From assembly GCA_964187785.1 (NCBI GenBank), contig OZ076409.1, forward strand, positions 38,628,001-38,692,000: 64,000 bases of DNA, read 5' to 3'. The translations under genes were made by a program, and so were the position numbers. Each line of letters begins with the position of its first letter. The stretch's first letter is position 1. The notes under the pieces are model-generated. The model was not told where the DNA came from. It saw nothing but the letters and a program-made list of their open reading frames with translations, and did no database searches. Shown piece by piece: positions 60,301 to 64,000 of the stretch. The DNA is from Amphiscolops sp. MND2022 (taxonomy: Eukaryota).

Positions 60301-62580
60301 TTCCCGGATTTCTAGCAATTAGTGTTACCCTTGTACATGATGTAGTTTTTACACGTTTGTTATGTATAATTATTATTCAAAATGTCGCTCATGTTTTCAC
60401 GTTTTCCGGTTAACTTGACGTTAATTCTCGTCCTTTTGGCATTGCCGGACATATTTCAAAGAACGCTCTTTCTTCGCAGTGCAAAACCTTGGCGGTGTCC
60501 TAAGTTCATTCACCGACAATGAGCTTCATAAACTTTTTAGCTCAACTGTTTGTGGTTGAATGATACAATTGCGAACATTAAACTCCGCCATTTCGTCTTT
60601 GAAGTGTCAAGTTGTGACGGAAATCGGGGTTTTTCAGGTTGTGTAGTAACTTTGAAGTGAAAATTAATGGAGTTGTGTCCTAAGTTAGCCTGTATGGTTA
60701 GAGCGAATGACTGTGGTATTCATTACGGTCATTTGCCCGTTGGGCATTAATTTAATCTCAACTTGCGGTAAAAGAATCGTTCTAGTGAAGTGGCGTGAAA
60801 ATGGAAGGAAATGCTTCTGCAGATTTATTTGCCTGCTCTGGCGGTGAATAGTTGATTCACGTGACTGCAGCGATCGGCTCAGGCATTTGGTTAGCTCTAG
60901 CTAGGGGTACGCTTTCAGTTCCTCGTTTCGTGGTTGTTGCGACAACCAATTGAATTTCACTAGAACTGCCCCGGTGGTTGATTGCATGACTGGATAAGAA
61001 CAAGCGAAGCCCTCATTGAACAAAAACGAGCTTCTTTGTCGATGGCGGCGGCAGGCAGAAAAAGGGATCTCTACCAGAGCAGAGCATGGCCGAGACGAAC
61101 GGCTGTGGTACCGTACGGTGAAATGGTGTTGTGAGACGCAGTTATAAATCACCTCCGGTCAACTGTTGTATTCTTTGGTTTGCTTGTTCGGATAGTGGAT
61201 TTCTTCCCCACCGTCAACGTATTTGCATGGAAAATGTTCCGTATCTTGAAATTCTTCAAATAGAACCAACAAAATGTAGAATACACAATACTTGTTTAAA
61301 GCATAGAAAACTTCTTTAATCAGTTATGATTGGTATTTGTTATATATTGATCATCTCCATGAGTACCCGACGTGAAACGCTACTACTGAAAGCGGACACA
61401 TTCCAATTCTTATTCTTCTGAGTCTTCGGAAACAGGTATGATCGAGCTGGTGTTGATTTTTTTCTCTTTTTCAAACTCGTTTCTCGTGAATGCCGTGAAA
61501 TGTATAAGATCAACCATGCTTAGGCTAATGGCCACTTTGAAATTGCCTCAAAATGTTCGTGTTCCATTAAAGCATAAGAACCTGTCGTTCGAAAAAAACT
61601 TAGATCTGAGTCATCTCTATTGAAAACTCAAATATAACAAATGCGCAGACTTATTTGGCTGAAATCATTTTTGAATCAAAGTTACAAGAAATTTCAATGT
61701 ATCATGCAGCATTCAATTCAGTGACCTTGATGCAATCCAAGTAGTTAGTCGGAAAATTTAAGCCTTTCGACTGATGGGTCCGATGGTTTTCTGAAGTTCA
61801 ATGTTTTTCGGAAGCTCAGTGAACTCGAGCGAAACCTAACGGCTGTATAGCAAACTGTTATTAGTTCTTTCAAGTTTTCATTTTACGACGTCAAAGCTCG
61901 CCAATCACATTTTATTCTAACCTTGAACGAACATTCAACGTAGTGTTGGAATTAATTAGCGAGTACTTAGACGTCAAAGCTTTCGGCTTCTCCTTGAATT
62001 TCTCTGTATCAAAGAAATCAAACAATAACAGACGGACATCATTTCGGACAAAAATGTGTTCCATAAAATGTATTTAAAACCATCTCCGGCCAAATTGCTA
62101 TTTTGACCAAGATTAGAGATCGGTCTCTGTACTAGTCGTTTTTGTGGTGGCTTGACCAGTGGCTAGGGTTACCCTGTCGATGCAGTAAAAATGATCTGAC
62201 ATGACCTTGCCACACTCTTTCCTGTTTTGACATAGATTATCCTCAGGATCCTTTTGGGTCAACGCCCATAAACTTGTTTATGGTTCTTACTCAGAGACGA
62301 TCACAGTTCACATTTACTGCATGTTTTTTACTGAGTTTTCCACCAAAGGACCCTCGAAAGTTTTTTCTGTTTTTTTTCGGATGAAGCAATCCTATGTGAG
62401 CCTAAAGGGCACCTATCCTTTTTGGCAATATGAGGTTTTCCAGAGGTTTCTGGAAAACACACAATGATCACATATAAAAGATGTTCAACGTTTTGAGCTT
62501 TGAGCATGGGTGCTGGCTTGGACCGTTCCCGGCTCGTTAGAATTCAAATTTTAATTTTTGGAGTGAATCTTCCTGGATGT

Positions 62581-63543
62581 TTTTTAGTCGGCGCTTTTCT
62601 AGAGAAACGAGTCGACTATAGTCATGGCTTTTCGTCAGTGTTTTTTTTCGATACACCTGAAGTGACCAAAATAGTTCTACCCCAAAAGTTCTACAATATT
62701 TTGAGGAGACGCCAAATTGTACCCCTTGTCCCAAGGAACTGAACCAAAAAGTTTCCCGCGTAACATACAATACTGGACGAGACCACCCTTTCAGTTTTTT
62801 CGGCATTGCGAGACTTTTTTCGAGAAAATTTGTTCCCCGAAGGGTCCCCCTTCATTTTTTTGGAGTTTTGCGAGAGAATGGATGTTGAAAAATCCCAAAG
62901 GGTCCCCCTTTCAGTTTTTTTCGGCATTGTGAGACTTTTCACTTTTTTTGATATAAGTGGTCCCCAATTCACCAATACTTTGACATTTTGAAGTCCTTTT
63001 GCTATTTTTGAGCCTTAGATATGGCGCCGACTTGCGCCAGTCCCGGCTTGTTCACTTTTGACCTCGCTGTTCCGATATGCTTTTTCGAAGCACTAGTTCA
63101 GTTTAGAACCTTTGATTTTCCCGTTAACGTCTTTTCGTCCTTTCTGACTTGAACATTTCTGAAGACTTGAAAAAACTTAAGCCATGCCGGAAATGGGGAC
63201 GATTCAGTGCATGTTGATCATTATTAGTCAGTCGGCGCATTTTCCTTTTAAGAAAAAAAGCCCGACTATTACAGTGGCAAGTTTTTCTCTTTTTTTTTCG
63301 TCGGATAACAATGTATGCGTAGTGGACACTTTTTGCATAACTGCGACTTTTTTTCGAATTTTTTTGTCTCTACTATTTTTCTCGGCACTATGAGACTCAA
63401 AATTCTCATTTTTCGTTTTTTTGATATTTTGCAACAAACTGGATTTTCAAGATGCCCAAATGGTTCCCCCTTCTAAAGTTTTAAAAACTTTGCGCTTTTT
63501 GAGCCTTAGATATAGCGCCTACTTTAGACGTTCCCGTCTTGTT
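62581..63543 (+). mobile_element. Two HINE family 1 copies (62581-63052 and about 63230-63543)
   Basis: Each has an agtcggcgc head and a hairpin-CTTGTT end. Confidence 0.78.
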
Positions 63544-63834
63544 ATATTTAACTTGACCAATGGTTAGTTGGTATATATATAATATATAGAAATATATGAT
63601 CCTGAGCCGACTATAATTGAGTCCTCTTTTGAGACACATTTCAAGTGATAAATTTAAATCATTGTTTCTTTTGCTGTAGTGGTAAGGCGCTATTCCGGGA
63701 ACTGAAAGGTAGTTGAATTGATTTCTGCGAATATAAATACAAACCAAAACTTTCACCAACTTGTTATATTAAGTAGCATAGAACTCGTGATAGTTTTTGA
63801 GCATTTTGTGGCTTTTGAAAAAGTTTTATTTCCA

Positions 63835-64000
63835 TTTTTAGTCGGCGCTTCATGAAGTGAAACGCGACTATTATAGTGACTTTTCTTTTTTTTTTTTTTT
63901 CAATCCACACGAACTGACCAAAATAGTTCTTAAAAGTTCTACAAAATATTATTGGTCCAAAATGCACTATTTGGTCTAGCGAACTGAACCAAAAAGGTTT
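63835..64000 (+). mobile_element. HINE family 1 copy cut by the window end
   Basis: Essentially identical to 5076-5241, including shared variants (attggtccaaaatgcact). Confidence 0.85.

Overview
AT-rich, repeat-dense eukaryotic (animal-like; species not determinable from sequence alone) genomic DNA, not prokaryotic. One host gene runs on the + strand. Its exons were chained by hand using GT-AG sites and intron phase: alternative ATG exons at 10862-10868 or 11535-11553, then 26934-27720, 31044-31130, 42154-42406, 42796-43109, 43248-43360, 43440-44063 and 45196-45496 or 45548. They encode about 830-845 aa of Ser/Asn/Gln/Pro-rich low-complexity sequence with no domain I can recognise. The rest is mostly transposon-derived. 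It includes a decayed BEL/Pao LTR retrotransposon (- strand, about 48480-57467) with one LTR, a tRNA-His-like PBS, an unexplained extra ORF before gag and a 1.6-kb internal tandem duplication. There are also about 20 copies or fragments of a non-autonomous Helentron/Helitron2-like (HINE/DINE-1 architecture) family, three more HINE-like families, hAT-, piggyBac- and Mutator/Merlin-like MITEs with visible TSDs, a CRE-like and several CR1/L2-like LINE remnants, and tRNA-derived segments. The most notable observations are tRNA-like Pol III cassettes inside the HINEs, a covarying GC hairpin shared by unrelated elements, direct empty/filled-site evidence of TSD-less insertion into T runs, a 110-bp perfect palindrome, and the BEL extra ORF. 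Most ORFs in the supplied track are repeat-derived and spurious.
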